In this document: piece by piece, positions 26,447-39,460 of the stretch
How the letters are laid out: each line of letters begins with the position of its first letter
Position numbering within the stretch: the first letter of the stretch is position 1
DNA from: Parasitella parasitica NRRL 2501
Taxonomy: Eukaryota > Fungi > Mucoromycota
Reading direction: 5' to 3'
Assembly: GCA_025201805.1 (NCBI GenBank)
Contig: MU619247.1
Location: 294,482-358,481, forward strand
DNA: 64,000 nt
Translations under genes and position numbers: made by a program
Notes under the pieces: generated by a model
Database searches by the model: none
What the model was told of the DNA's origin: nothing
Seen by the model: the letters and a program-made list of their open reading frames with translations, nothing else

Positions 26447-26735
26447 TTTTTTGTACTATCCAGGCAAAAAAGCTTTTGGCGTGGCTAAAATTGGCAATTA
26501 TGTACCATCACTCCGGCATGCGAAACAGTGTGTAAGTCTTGAAAGAAGACAGGTATTCATATTGTTTGATGTATTGCTCTAAATTCAAAAGCTGCATACC
26601 ATTAAAGTGGTGAATAGTAATGGCAGCATCTCAAATATTAAAAAAAAAAACTTTCAACAATGAACATTGGAAACAAAACACGAGTGTAATGTGTCAAAGG
26701 CTTTTAATCAAATACTCTTTTTATTCGATACATGT

Positions 26736-27470
26736 TTACATGCTTGGATTATCGTACTTTGCATGGTACTTTTCCATCTCTTTTGCATATTCTTCGCGGA
26801 GGGTTTTCGCTTTATCAATAAAAACCTTCTTTTCACTTTCGCCAAGAGCTTTATACTTCTTTGAAGCTTCAGCAGATTGAGTCATAGGGTCTTTGCCAAC
26901 AACAGCAGGGTCGTTGATAGATCTAAGATGCTCAACAAACAAAAAGAAGGAGCTTTGGCCACGCTTAGGGCGTTTAGGATCTCTCAAAGTTTTCAACTTA
27001 TATTTCCTTCTCAATGCATTTTCTTTTTCGAATTCTTTAGGTGTGGTCTTGCTCAGGACTTCATTCAAGAGGTCATTATGAGCTTTGGCTTCAGATTCAA
27101 ACTTGTCTAAATAGACCTGGAACTTTTGTAAGAGACCAACAAATCAATCAATGGCAATCATCAACAAACCTTCTTTTCAGCAGCACTCATTGCCTTCCAA
27201 GCAGCACCCATTGCTGCGTTTCCTTTTTTCATGTCTATCCTACCATTAGGGAGCTTGTAATTGTGCATATTTTCGCAAAAATAAATTTGCCATGCGCTGC
27301 GAGGTTTGGCAGGAACGTTTGCCAGGACTAATAAAGTACTTTCAGATTTCCATCGTGCTAAATTAAAACAAGTACTTACTGCTAGTAAATTTCTTGGGAT
27401 GCAGGTCAACGGTAGTGATGTACGATCGTGACTGAATACGCAACGTGCCGAATGCTTTGATAAGAGACAT
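26736..27470 (-). CDS. Tandem HMG-box protein with mitochondrial-type presequence (Abf2/TFAM-like)
   Basis: MSLIKAFGTLRIQSRSY presequence-like start; box 1 PAKPRSAWQIYF...WKAMSAAEKKVY; box 2 DPKRPKRGQSSFFLF...YKALGESEKKVF. Confidence 0.8.
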
Positions 27471-27876
27471 GATTGTTTTGATAGAGAAGAGGAATAAGAT
27501 GAGGGAAGAATGGGCTTTTCATTTAAAAGAATTCAACACTACCATTATTGTTGTGATGATGACGTCAAAACAAATAGCAAGAGTTAATACAGTAGCATGA
27601 AATATTGCCAACATTCTATGATTTAATGTTGATTGAACTGGATAGAGTATAACCTTGTGTTCAAATCATTATCACTGCATTGACAATGTAATTTAAGAGA
27701 TATCTAGTAGATACACTTTTTTTTTTTTTTTTTTTTTTNNNNNNNNNNAAAATAATTAAATGCTACTATAATAATGATGATATAGTGTGTACTGAGTCGC
27801 GCCGCATTAGAGACAAGCATTTGATTCGACGTTTTTTTTTTATTTTCTTTTCTTTCCAACATTTAGTCAATTTATC

Positions 27877-28032
27877 ATGGATAACAATCCTTTTCGAAGC
27901 CAACAACCACAAGCAGGTAATTACATGACATCGAATGCAGGTGGTCAACCTCAACAGCAGCCTTATCAGCCAAGCTACAATAATAATTCCCTGGGAGGTG
28001 GGTATTCTTCTTTTACTCCAACAACGGGTTAT

Positions 28033-28065
<33 letters not shown>

Positions 28066-28722
28066 TCACAACATCCACAACAGCCACAGCAACAGTCTTG
28101 GCAATACCAACAGCCTCAGAATAGTAGTATAATCCCGTCTCCTGCTCTCCCTCAGCAAAGCAATTTTATGTCGACGCTGCCTCAACACAACTCATTTACA
28201 CCTACGTCTATTACTAATCCTGCTCCTCCAACCCAATTTTCTCCTTATGCATCGAATGCTACATTGTTGCCATCTACTAATACCGGTAATCTTAACACCT
28301 CGTCTCATATGAATGGCTTTGGTGCTGAAGGCGCTGGTAATAGTGGTAGCACCTCATATCAATCTTATGCTATGTCAATGCCAGTGCCAAACACAAACAG
28401 CTACCCCAACAACAACGCCAACAACAACGGGTTTGGCAATCCTAGCCACCAACAACTCCATCATCATCAGCAGCAGCAGCAGCAGTATCACGGTCCATCG
28501 AATTACTATATTCCTCCCAATTTTGGCATGTCCACTGCCACGACTACTACGTCCAACAATAACACCAATATGTTTTCATCACAACCTAGACATGCATCTG
28601 TAGATGCGAGAAGTTTATTAAAGGGTACTCAAGTGCGTACTGTTCAGTGTCCTGTTTGCCAAAAGACAATTGAGGGCGATGACATGGCGGTCAATCATCA
28701 TGTTAATGAACATTACACATAG
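27877..28722 (+). CDS. Q/N/S/P-rich low-complexity protein with a C-terminal CCHH (UBZ-like) zinc finger
   Basis: 281-aa intronless ORF; N-terminal NPF; polyQ tracts; C-terminus CPVCQKTIEGDDMAVNHHVNEHY. Confidence 0.8.
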
Positions 28723-28850
28723 TAATAAAACCACATGATCGGGATGATGTGTTTAAAAAGGGTTTGCATAGATTTTTCTAATCATTTTCTTTTTTTTCTC
28801 ATCAAACTTTTTTTCTTTTTCTTTGTTGATAAAAAAACGAAAAAAAAAAA

Positions 28851-29375
28851 ATGGACGCTGTGATGATTCAAGATGTTAATAAATGGAATTATTCATTATT
28901 GAAAGAACTTCGTGATGAAGAGAACATGAATATGAAGGTGCCACCGCCATCACCTCAAGATGCGTCCATGCTGGAAGCCGTTTTCTCGCAACATTTGTCT
29001 GCTAAAATTCATGCTGTAGTGAACCCCAGTCATGATTCCTCATCAGAACATGCTCAGAAACTGGAAAAATTACTACTAGCGCACAGAAACCCCACATTGA
29101 AACGGCATATATACCACAAACGACCGTCTCGCATTCCCGTCTCATCGTCACGCATAATTCATAAGAGAAACAAAAGAATATCAATGCAACAAGATGCGTT
29201 AGCCAATGCTTTGGAGAAGATTCACATTTCTTCAAGCACTGCTGAAAAGAAAAATTTAGCGACTAAAAAACCTTATTTAAACGGGTTAGTTACCATGGTA
29301 ATGAACAAATCCAGAAAAAATAATTGCAGCGCCCACGAAACAATTATTCAAGATGTGAAGGATATGGACATATGA
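28851..29375 (+). CDS. Hypothetical protein, 174 aa
   Basis: Uninterrupted ORF with an A-rich start context and AATAAA downstream; no recognisable domain. Confidence 0.6.
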   Translation: MDAVMIQDVNKWNYSLLKELRDEENMNMKVPPPSPQDASMLEAVFSQHLSAKIHAVVNPSHDSSSEHAQKLEKLLLAHRNPTLKRHIYHKRPSRIPVSSSRIIHKRNKRISMQQDALANALEKIHISSSTAEKKNLATKKPYLNGLVTMVMNKSRKNNCSAHETIIQDVKDMDI

Positions 29376-29551
29376 GAGCATGAAAATTTTATTATGTAAA
29401 TACGGTATATTTGCGCATTTTGTTACGCTACATTAGTGAGTTTTTTTCTTTGTTTTGTTATTGATGATTTTGATTTAATAAAAATCTTGATTATTATTTT
29501 TTTTTCTTTTTTTTTTTATTGAAAATGATAGCTGCCATTTGCTTTTTGTTG

Positions 29552-30053
29552 TCAAGGCATTGTTGGTGAAGTTGGTGAAGTTGGTGAGATTGGTGAGGTT
29601 GGCGAAGTTGGCGAAAATGGCGGTGGTGGTGAACCTGCTGTTGACGGTGAAGCTGTCCGTGGGGATAGTGATGCACTTTTCGTATTCTCATCTTTGACTG
29701 CACAGCAAAGAAAGCATGCTAACAAACTAGATCACATAATGCTGTTTACACAAAAAGCGGTAATTTGAAATTATAAAAATGTAGTTACCATGCAAGACAA
29801 CAAGATTCTTTTTTTGGCGCTCTTGATTTCTTGTGAAATATCACAGTTTCTGGAGACGGTGTTGGCTCATAGGCTACATTCACATATAAAAAGGGAAATA
29901 CATGTTAGTCTTCAATATATATATATATATATATTTTACTTTGCATGGACATTTACCCGCTGTTTGCACCAAACCCAAGGGAGCTTTCACTTGTGGTGTA
30001 AAATACCGATCTGGTTGTAACTGATTTTTGTTTATTTTCTCGTCCGAGCTCAT
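29552..30053 (-). CDS. Small CYSTM-like (cysteine-rich membrane module) protein with an SPT-repeat tail, 3 exons, absent from the ORF track in this frame
   Basis: Manual splicing gives MSSDEKINKNQLQPDRYFTPQ|PMSQPSPETVIFHKKSRAPKKESCCLAC|LLACFLCCAVKDENTKSASLSPRTASPSTAGSPPPPFSPTSPTSPISPTSPTSPTMP*. The first donor (GTGAAA) is weak. Confidence 0.7.
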
Positions 30054-31574
30054 TCAAAATATAGTAAAGAAGAAGAAAGAAAAAAAAGAAAGAAAGAAAG
30101 AGAGAATGAATGAATGATGAATCTTTGAACCATGTATTGAAACCAATTGGCTTATAATAAGGAGTGGACAGATGTTACACATCTGTAAAAAAAAACAATG
30201 ATCCCAAGTTGGAATAATTTGTTGATCAAGTAGTAAGCTACTAACATATGCTTTCGGGAAACCCGGATAAGAGTTTCCAAAAACATAAATCTATTAATTT
30301 CATTTTCATATAGAAAATTTAGTTTTTCAGGAGCATTAGCAGATTTTTGGTTGATTTCAAGTTGACAAATAGTTGATGGAGATTATTATCATCCGTGTAT
30401 TTGACTAACCAAGTTAAATATTGGAAATATACTTTGAAGTTAGCATTTTTGCTTTCAGATGTAACATTTAATTGCATTTTTGTATAAACAAAGCTAAAAC
30501 TGTTGAAACAGCTTCGTTTTTTTTTTTTTTTTCATGTTGCAGATCATACATGAAGGGTTAATCACAAAAGGAAAAAGAACTTGATGTGCTGTAAAACAAC
30601 AAAATATCACACAGAAAGCTTGTTGGCAGTACGGTTTCTATGTCGAGTTTGTAATTTAGGCTTATTCATAGCAACCTCTAAGCAAGATTCATCATCTTTG
30701 TCATATGCATGCATCAAATGATGGGACCCAGCTGGGTGTCATTCATTTGCAATTTGCTATACTTTTTCTGTAAAAATTGATTCTCATTACAAAAAAATAT
30801 TACGCCGAATACTGGTGCCACAAGCTGAAGCCTATTACAATTCTTGTCGTCAAACAATGCATATTGCTACTGTACTACTGTATATGTCTATTAAAGCGAT
30901 TGTTACGTTTTTGTATGCTACATACATTAAAATGCAAACTTATGCATTTATTGCAACAACAACATTTTCAAACTAGAGAAGTGAGAATATACTACAGCAT
31001 ATGCTTATTTACCTAATAGAATAACCTGTAAAATTTTCATTTTTTATCATCGCATATATAATAAAAGTCTAGCTAAATCAAAATGTGAACCGATTATCTC
31101 ACATTCATGGCTACCTAGTAGAAAACATGTATAATAAAATTGAACCAATATAAATGAAGCAAGCTTGGAATTTTACATCACCTTTGATTCATCTTTTGAA
31201 CCATATTTATGCGTAGGTACTCACATCTTTGATTTAAATGTTTGTTGCACAAATCTTCATGACAGTGATCGCTGCAGATCTTCTACACATACAGTAGATA
31301 TGATTAGACATAAAAATGTAATACAATAGGATTAGAATGCCAAGTTGTAGTATATGCGGCTCATTGTTATAGGACCAGCAACTAAACAACGAGATTGATA
31401 TCAGAAAGTTGCCAAGTAGAATTATAGAGATCCCGTAACCCATTATAAATCCAGATTTCTAGTTGTACGGTATTGCAAATTACATGGACATTTTACAACA
31501 CATAATAAAGCTTTATTGTTTTTCTATATTTTAGCAAAAATGAAAAGGTAAAATTGGTATAGTACATTGTTAAT

Positions 31575-34500
31575 TTACAAAACGGACAAAGATTGTTCAT
31601 GAACTAATTCAGAGTAAGTGCCATTAAGTGCCAATAATTCAAAATGGGTGCCTTGTTCAATAACACGGCCATCTTTCACAACACAGATCAAGTCAGCATT
31701 TTGAATTGTAGACAAGCGATGAGCGATTGTAATGGTGGTTCTCCCTCCTTCTTCCAGAATGTTGTCCAGGGCCTGTTGTACGAGCTTTTCGCTATCACTG
31801 TCAAGAGCAGAAGTAGCTTCATCTAGGAGCAAAACCTTGGGCTTGCGGATCAAGGCACGAGCAATAGCAATCCTTTGCTTCTGTCCACCAGACAATTGGC
31901 TTCCCTTATTCCCAACTCTTGTTGATAGTTGATCAGGCAGCCCAGAAATGAATTCATAGATATTGGCAGCTTTACAAACGTCTTCAATTTCCTGTCGGCT
32001 TACTGGCTTCGAATCATCAATGCCAAAGCGAATGTTATCCTCTATGGATAGATCAAACAGCACAGGTTCTTGCCCAACAAGCGACATATGGCTACGAAGA
32101 TTATAGAGAGAGTATTTTTTGACATTGCTCTCATCCAAAGAGGCAGCACCCTTGAGGGGATCGTACCAGCGTTGAAGCATACCGATAGTAGTGGATTTAC
32201 CGCACCCAGAAGGACCAACGAGTGCGATACTCTGACCAGATTTTCCTTGAAGATTGAAGTCACCATTAAATACAGTAACATCCTCTCGAGCAGGATATGC
32301 AAACTTGATATTCTTAAATTCAATATCTCCCTTGACAGTACCAATTGGCGGTTCAAGACCTTCTAGCTCAGGATCAATCTTGGATTCACGTTCGATGACG
32401 GCGTAGGAAGCAATGGCAGCGTATTTGGCTTTACTAAATGCAGACGCAAAGGTAGTGCTGCGGCCAGCAGATTCAGAGGCCGTCATTATAACCTATGTAT
32501 AATTATTGTAAGTAATAAGATGGTGGCAATTTGTGAACTTGACTTACAGTCATACTGGTGAACATCTGCTGGAAATCAATCATGCCATTTTGAATAAAAC
32601 GAGCGCCTGCGTAAAATGCCAATGCGCTTGTATAGATGTTGATGCCTTTACCCAATCCAGCAGCGATAGATGATAAATAAGCCTTCTTTATAGCCAACCT
32701 GTGAGGGCGATCAGTAGCACGATAATAGCGCTCTTCAAAGTGTGCTTGTTTGTTTAATGCAGCTACGGTTCTAACTTCGCGGATGGCTTCACCAGCAACT
32801 TGGCCACTCTCAGCATTTGCTTTTTTAGTTTCATCTTCAAAGCCACGCTGAACACGGAATTCATAAGCTGTGGCAGCAGTAAGAAAGGGAGCCATACATA
32901 AAACAACCAAAGTAAGAGCCCAGCTGTGGATAAAAGCAATGATAAACGCAGAGATAATAGTAGAGAAAAGTTGCGTAACATCACCCCATGTTTTAGTCAC
33001 CATTTCACTGACGTTACGAGCGTCAACGGCTAACCTTGTAGTAAGAGCACCGGTATTGTTTTCTTCCAGGTCAAAGAATCCGACTTCTTGCTTCATATAC
33101 GCTTCGAATACCTCGAGTCTGAGCCTCTTGGAGAACCTCTCGCCGCAGATCTCATAAGCGCAAAACTGAGTGCCGTTGCCAATAAAAGAAGCGATTGCAA
33201 TCATCACAAAGATGAAAGAATACAGGTTGGTGCCTTGAAGAGGGCCTGGTTGGATATCCTGTCCTGGCACACTAAGGATACCGATGACTCGCGAAAAACT
33301 GAAGCTGTAAACAGGGAAAATGCAGCCAGCAACAGCAGACCCAACGATGCCAGTGCCCAGATACTTCCATTCAGGACGCATGTGTCGCAAGACTTTCCAA
33401 ATAGGAGCCTTTTGTTTCTTCATTTCATTCTTGATTTTCTTTTGCTCGGCAAGTTTGAGCTCATACGCGTCAATTTCCTTGTTGGCTTCAGCTCCAATGT
33501 ACTTTTCATCACTTCGAGACGAGACATTGGTAGTAACCTTTGTGAGAGCTTGGCGCTCCTTTTCCAGGATTTGCTGCTTGACTTCAGACTCTTCTTGTCT
33601 CAATAAATCTTCCGCATCTAGCTCAGCATTACCGGCGGCACCTGCTTCTTTGTTTTCCTCAGTGTCAATAGCCTGCTTGCGGACGAGACCTGCATAAGTT
33701 CCACCCAATTCAATGAGCTCTTGATGGGTACCGCGTTCAACAACGGCACCATGATCCAGCACTACAATTAAATCGGCCTTCATGATAGTAGAGAGACGAT
33801 GAGCAACAACAATAGTGGTGCGGGAGGCAGAAGCTTTGTCAAGCGCATTCTGAACAAGACGTTCAGACTGGGTATCCAATGCAGAGGTAGCTTCATCCAA
33901 CAGCAAAATGGTGGGGTTCTTTAGAATCGCACGGGCAATGGCAATTCGCTGCTTTTGACCGCCAGAGAGCATGCCACCTGCATCTCCAACAAGCGTATCG
34001 TAAGCATTGGGCAATTGAGAAACAAAGGCGTGGCAATTTGCTTCCTTTGCAGCTGCAATCAGTTGCTTATCAGAGACGTCGGCTTCAACACCCATAAGCA
34101 AGTTCTGTCTGACCGTCATGTTGAAGAGCACAGGCTCCTGGCTAACCGTTCCGATTTGTTGACGAAGCCATCTCACATCAAGATCTTTGACGTTATTTCC
34201 GTCAAGAGTGACCTCGCCAGAGAGAGCATCATAGAAGCGCTGAACAAGCTGGATGGTGGTTGATTTGCCAGAGCCGGAGGAGCCAACAATCGCCACAGTC
34301 ATCCCAGGATTGATTTTCAGTGAAAGATCGTGCAAAATGGTGAGATCAGGCCGAGTAGGGTATTTAAAACGCACGTTTTTGAATTCGATAGCGCCGACAA
34401 CTTTGTCAGGGACAAGACCTGCTGTTGCATCAATGTCGATTTCAGGCACACGGTCAATGATTTGATATACCTTGTAAGCCGCGCCACGAGCACTGGATAC

Positions 34501-35662
34501 AGCAGATAAATTAACAGGCAAACGGATCATACCTATCAAAATCAGGACATTAGCACGCAATAGCAATCTGGTCAAACAGGCAGCAAAACTAACTCATCGA
34601 TCCCATCATCATGGATAAAAACGCAACAAATACATCAGGGCCTGTTAATTCGCCTTGCACCACCTTGGTTGATCCATACCACAGCGCCAGACCGAAAGTA
34701 CAGAAAAGAATAAACATAAACGTGGCAAAACCAAACCCTAATGATACACCACGCTTGATGCCATACTGACATGCTTCATCCAGCTTTTCATCGTATCGTT
34801 TCGAGAACCGCTTTTGTAAAGTAAACGAGTAGACTGTGCGGATGGACTGGAACGTCTGTTCTGCAACAGAGCCGGCGCTTGCATACGCATTTTGCCCCAT
34901 AATGGTGTATTTTGTGATGAAATAAGCCATTCCTCTGCCTGTGCCAAACATCAGAGGCAGCGTTGCCAGCATGATGACCGCAACTTGCCATCCTATATTA
35001 CATTTTAGAAAGGCAATCCATGCCGCGTTTTCTTATGCAGTTATTCGTACCTTTGACAAACGCTACTACGAAACCACCAACAAACTGTGCAAACAACTGC
35101 ACCAACATGCCCATTTTCTCGCTGATGCCGTCTTGAATAATTTGTGTGTCCGACGCAAGCCGAGTGTTCAGTGATCCATCAGCGGCTTTATCAAACCAGC
35201 TCATGTCTTGCTTCAATACAGAATGCAGATACAATGATCGAATGCGTCGAGTCTGACTCTCGCCTGTCAATACCCATAAGCAGTTTGACAGATATGCTGC
35301 AATTAAAGATGCCGTTCCCATGTAAGCCATAATGTGGATGACTGGCAGTGTTGCCTCCAATAGTATGCTCGGATCGTTTAGTGATCCAGTGAGATTATTG
35401 ATAAATGTTCCATAGATTAATATCGACACAGGCTGCAATGCACCAGATCCAATGGAGAATATAGCTGCGAGAAGGATCAAAAATCGCTCTTTAGGGGTAG
35501 AAAAACGGAACAGCTTGATGATCGAGACTGCAGGGCCCTTTTTTCTTTCGTATTTGGGTTTTGTGTCTGCATCGTTTAAAGTCTCTTTAGCTGAGGATGT
35601 AGAGACATCTGAAACCGCTGGGTCCTCTTTCTTCCCTTTGTTGTCGAGCTGTTTTTCACTCA

Positions 35663-35663
<1 letters not shown>
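31575..35663 (-). CDS. Full-size ABCB (MDR/P-glycoprotein) transporter, TMD-NBD-TMD-NBD
   Basis: Two NBDs with Walker A (GSSGSGKST, GPSGCGKST), LSGGQKQRIAIARA and LLLDEATSALD; three introns. Confidence 0.97.
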
Positions 35664-35722
<59 letters not shown>

Positions 35723-38473
35723 ATAGATAAATCCCAACAATAGGAATCTCGATTATTTATACACATGTTGAAAGTAGGCAAATGTCGCACAGGAGGCCGC
35801 TACGCCGATTTTATCCAAATTTGTTGACATGTCTGGATTGAAATGACAGCGAGTCCGCTGAATCTGCAGAGCATGATAGGCAGTAGGTGCGCTTTTCCGG
35901 TAGCATCAGATTTGTGTTTTATTGCGTAACACTATAAATTGCTACTTGTCATTTGTATCTCGTGTAGCATCGCCGCAGCATGTTTTCTGATCTCAATCAG
36001 TATCTTGATTTTAAACGATAAATGCACCTGAATGCGCTATTAGAAATCTCCCATCACTCGTAATTATGCAGCTACTGATAGGATGTGCGCTTTACAGGAC
36101 AATGTTGAAAGTGTACAATAACAGTTTTTTGATCTTTGGGAAAAAGTTTCGACTGATTGCCATATATAATGAATTAAGCCTTAATTGGTATGTGATTGTC
36201 CCACCTTGGAGCGCTTTTTGGATCAAATCGCCACTTCATTCTCGGCGCCTGCTCCATTCTTGAGCATTTCGTTTTTTGACTAAAAGTCAAAGACATTATT
36301 CAGCAAGACTGTTTGTCGAAGAATATATAAATTTTGCAGTGATGTTTTGAATGTCATCTCATCTTAAACGCTTTGATTGCGGCCTCTATTCGCTTGTCCT
36401 GGAAATTGATTTTACCACGGCTGATTGAAATTCCTGAGTACACAAACACACGTAGCTCAAGGGTGAACCATATTTCCTTTATCCCGAATTTTTTTAAATG
36501 ATCTGTGCCTTGTTTTATTAGTCAAACTGGTCCTGCTGGATCATTAGTTTTTAATGCTAGTCTCAGAAATGAGTACAGTACATCAATCGCATAATTGATT
36601 GTGGAAAGCCTGTCTCATAGACATCTGCTCCAGTTTAACTGCCATTTGTTTACATTACGCGTATTATGATGAAAGACTGATATACAACGATCAATGATTC
36701 TACTGATTTTGGGTTCTAGCATTAAGTATTTGTACTTTTTGCTATGTATCGGTGACGATACCATTCGCACAATGCATAAAAGAAACAAGAATTTTTCATT
36801 TCATATAATTACTTCATTATTACTATTAGCGATAAACCAAATAGTCTCTCGTGTTTATCAAGTGCTTGGGCAAAAGATTTGGTCTCTAAAGTGGGTTAAT
36901 CAAATAATCTAATCTAACCAAGATGGTTTCATATGTACTGTAGGTATTAAACTTGTGCCATTTTCCGACATTATATCGAATCCTGGTATACAGCCAAAAC
37001 AAACGTACTAACGTAATATTTACATTTCATTCCACAATGGGTTTAAGTCTATGTCAAGAGGCATGAAATTCAATTGGATGCCAACAATATTTTATGCAAA
37101 TGGGGTAGATAATGGCTATGGCTCTAGCTGATTTTGCATATGTCCTGGAAAACCTTTGAGTTTTTTTTTTTTTTTTTATCTAAAAAATAAGTTAAAGCAT
37201 GCAAAATTGATACTGATCAAACCATTTGCCAAGTACTCCATCCCTTTGGATAATCGTTGTCTTGATCTTGCGAAAGAAAGAAAAAGTTTAGCCAAGGCTA
37301 ATCTCTGCATAACTTGCTAGACGATTCTATTCAAGTCGTAAGCAAAGTGCTGTTGTTATCGTTGCTGAATAAAAGGGTTTGCCTATCATCAGTTTCAGAC
37401 CGTACCTACTTCCATTCACAGAGCATCTACAGCGCTTTATTCTTGAATCGTTATCTCTGAAAAAGATTTTACAAAGCGGATTGCTGTATAAACGCACCCA
37501 TCTTGGTTGATATTTTGTAGCTGCCAAGTCATCAAATCAAACACAGTTCTAAAGACCCTTTTCTTTACAGGAACATTAGTTTATCACAAGGTCACATTGG
37601 TAGCTCATAACGACATTCAGACCCTCTTTTGCTTGAACAATGTTATAACCGACGTTACGTATGTCATCAAACCATGCAATAGAGTAATGGTGCATACAGA
37701 TATGACCCCAAATTATAGCGATGTCCGAATACGGACACACATTTACTACTAAACAATCATCGATTCGGTAGATTAGATGATTGTATATTTACGTAATTAG
37801 GATTAGAGTTTTTGGGAGAACATAGCATGAACAAACTGTTCAGATGCCACAAGCAGTAGCCATGGGTTTGACAGATGACTGTGCCAAATAGTTTAGAGCA
37901 AATCAATTCATCCAAAGTCGTGATCCGCCCAATAAATTTCACTAGTGTCATGTAACAAAGTAAAAAAAAAAAAAAAAACGATATACTTGCCAAAATCAAG
38001 CTATAGCAAACTAAGGATCTATCTATATAGCATTGCATCGTAATTCAAGAAAAAAAAGGGCTTGTTTTGCAGCATAGCAAACATTGTTGTTTCAATGGGG
38101 ATCTCCTGCATACATGTACCACTTGGTACCTTGAAATGTAAAGTATGCGCTCGTATCATTTCAAAAAAAAAAAGTGGAGGCTCTGTATGATCTCTTTACT
38201 ACAGCTGATTAAGCTCAACATAGCAACGTCTACACTGGTTTGATAATTTTCTAACAATACTATTTATGTTGCATTCGTCAATAGTACTGCAATTGATTTT
38301 GCAGTATCGAATGTCATTGGCCTACATGAGAATGATAAAACAGAACTGTGGCTCAGGTGCCACCAACCTTAAACATTTCTCTTATGCAGCCATGTACCGT
38401 ATAAAAAGTTCCTGGCATTTGATTTTGAAAAAGGCCTTTTTTTTTTTTTTTTTCTTTGTATCTCTTATATTAA

Positions 38474-39460
38474 ATGTCTAAATCTCAGAAAATAAGTCTG
38501 CCTCAAGTAAATCCCCCTCCTCCACAAAAGAAAAGCAAATCGGTTGCGACTAAAGTTGTCTCAGCTGTGCTTGCTTTATTGGCTGCTTACTTTGTTTTCA
38601 CGGTTATCAGCATTGAAGTCAATGGCAGAAGAGGGGTTGTATCAGCAGATGAATGGAAGGAATTGATCAAGAAGCACCCATACCAAAGAAAAGAGACAGA
38701 CCTCCGTTCCCCTTGTCCTATGTTGAACACACTTGCCAATCACGGATTTATCGCCCGAGACGGCCGTAACATCAGATCTGAAGATCTCTTTGATGCTCTC
38801 ATGCTGATGGGAGCCCCTCCCTCGGTTTCAGTTCTTATTCTGAATTACGTTTACTTTCGACTGCAAGAGCCTCAGCCTCAAGATCCATTCTGGGCTCAGT
38901 TTAGGTCTTTGAAAACTCTGGATCTCGACCGTTTGACAATATTTGATGTATTGGAACACGATGTATCTCTCACAAGAAATGACACTCTTTTGGCACATCC
39001 AGATACTACGTATGTTGTGCCAGCATATGTTGAGAGAATGATAAAGCTTGCTGAAATGAAAAACCAAGGTAAATCAAAGGGCTTTTTTACGCGAGAAAAT
39101 GAACATGATGTTCGAAAGCTGCGATGGTTGGAATCAATAAGGGACAACAGACATATGCATCTGGATCTATTTGCTCAGGTAAGTCGGCTGTTGTGGCAAT
39201 AAGCTGGCACCTTCTGAATCTGGACGTAATTGTAGTTTGCCTCAAGCACCGAATGTTCTTTATTGTTGGATATTATTGGCCGTGATGGAAGCATTTCATT
39301 ACCACACTTAAAGTCGTTCCTTTTACACGAAGCTTTCCCGGAAGACTGGCATCCTCGTGAAACAACGTTTCCCCTTAAACATTTGATCATAAAGCCTATG
39401 ATCTGCTGGCATGGACTTCGTAAAAGTCAAGTGTCCTTGGACTTGATTGATGAGCTTTAG
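38474..39460 (+). CDS. Heme-thiolate peroxidase (chloroperoxidase / short unspecific peroxygenase family), 2 exons
   Basis: RSPCPMLNTLANHGF proximal-Cys motif, EHDVSLTRND motif and C-terminal E-x-FPEDW; N-terminal hydrophobic anchor. Confidence 0.92.

Noticed and set aside
14361-27470. Two HMG-box genes as a possible Mucorales sex locus (sexM/sexP)
   Set aside because: They look like Nhp6 and an Abf2/TFAM-like protein, and the flanking triose-phosphate transporter and RNA helicase genes of the sex locus are absent.
35666-35720. 55-nt A tract as a retrocopy poly(A) tail
   Set aside because: It is a poly(T) leader on the sense strand directly before the ABC start codon; the gene has introns and similar homopolymers occur throughout the window.
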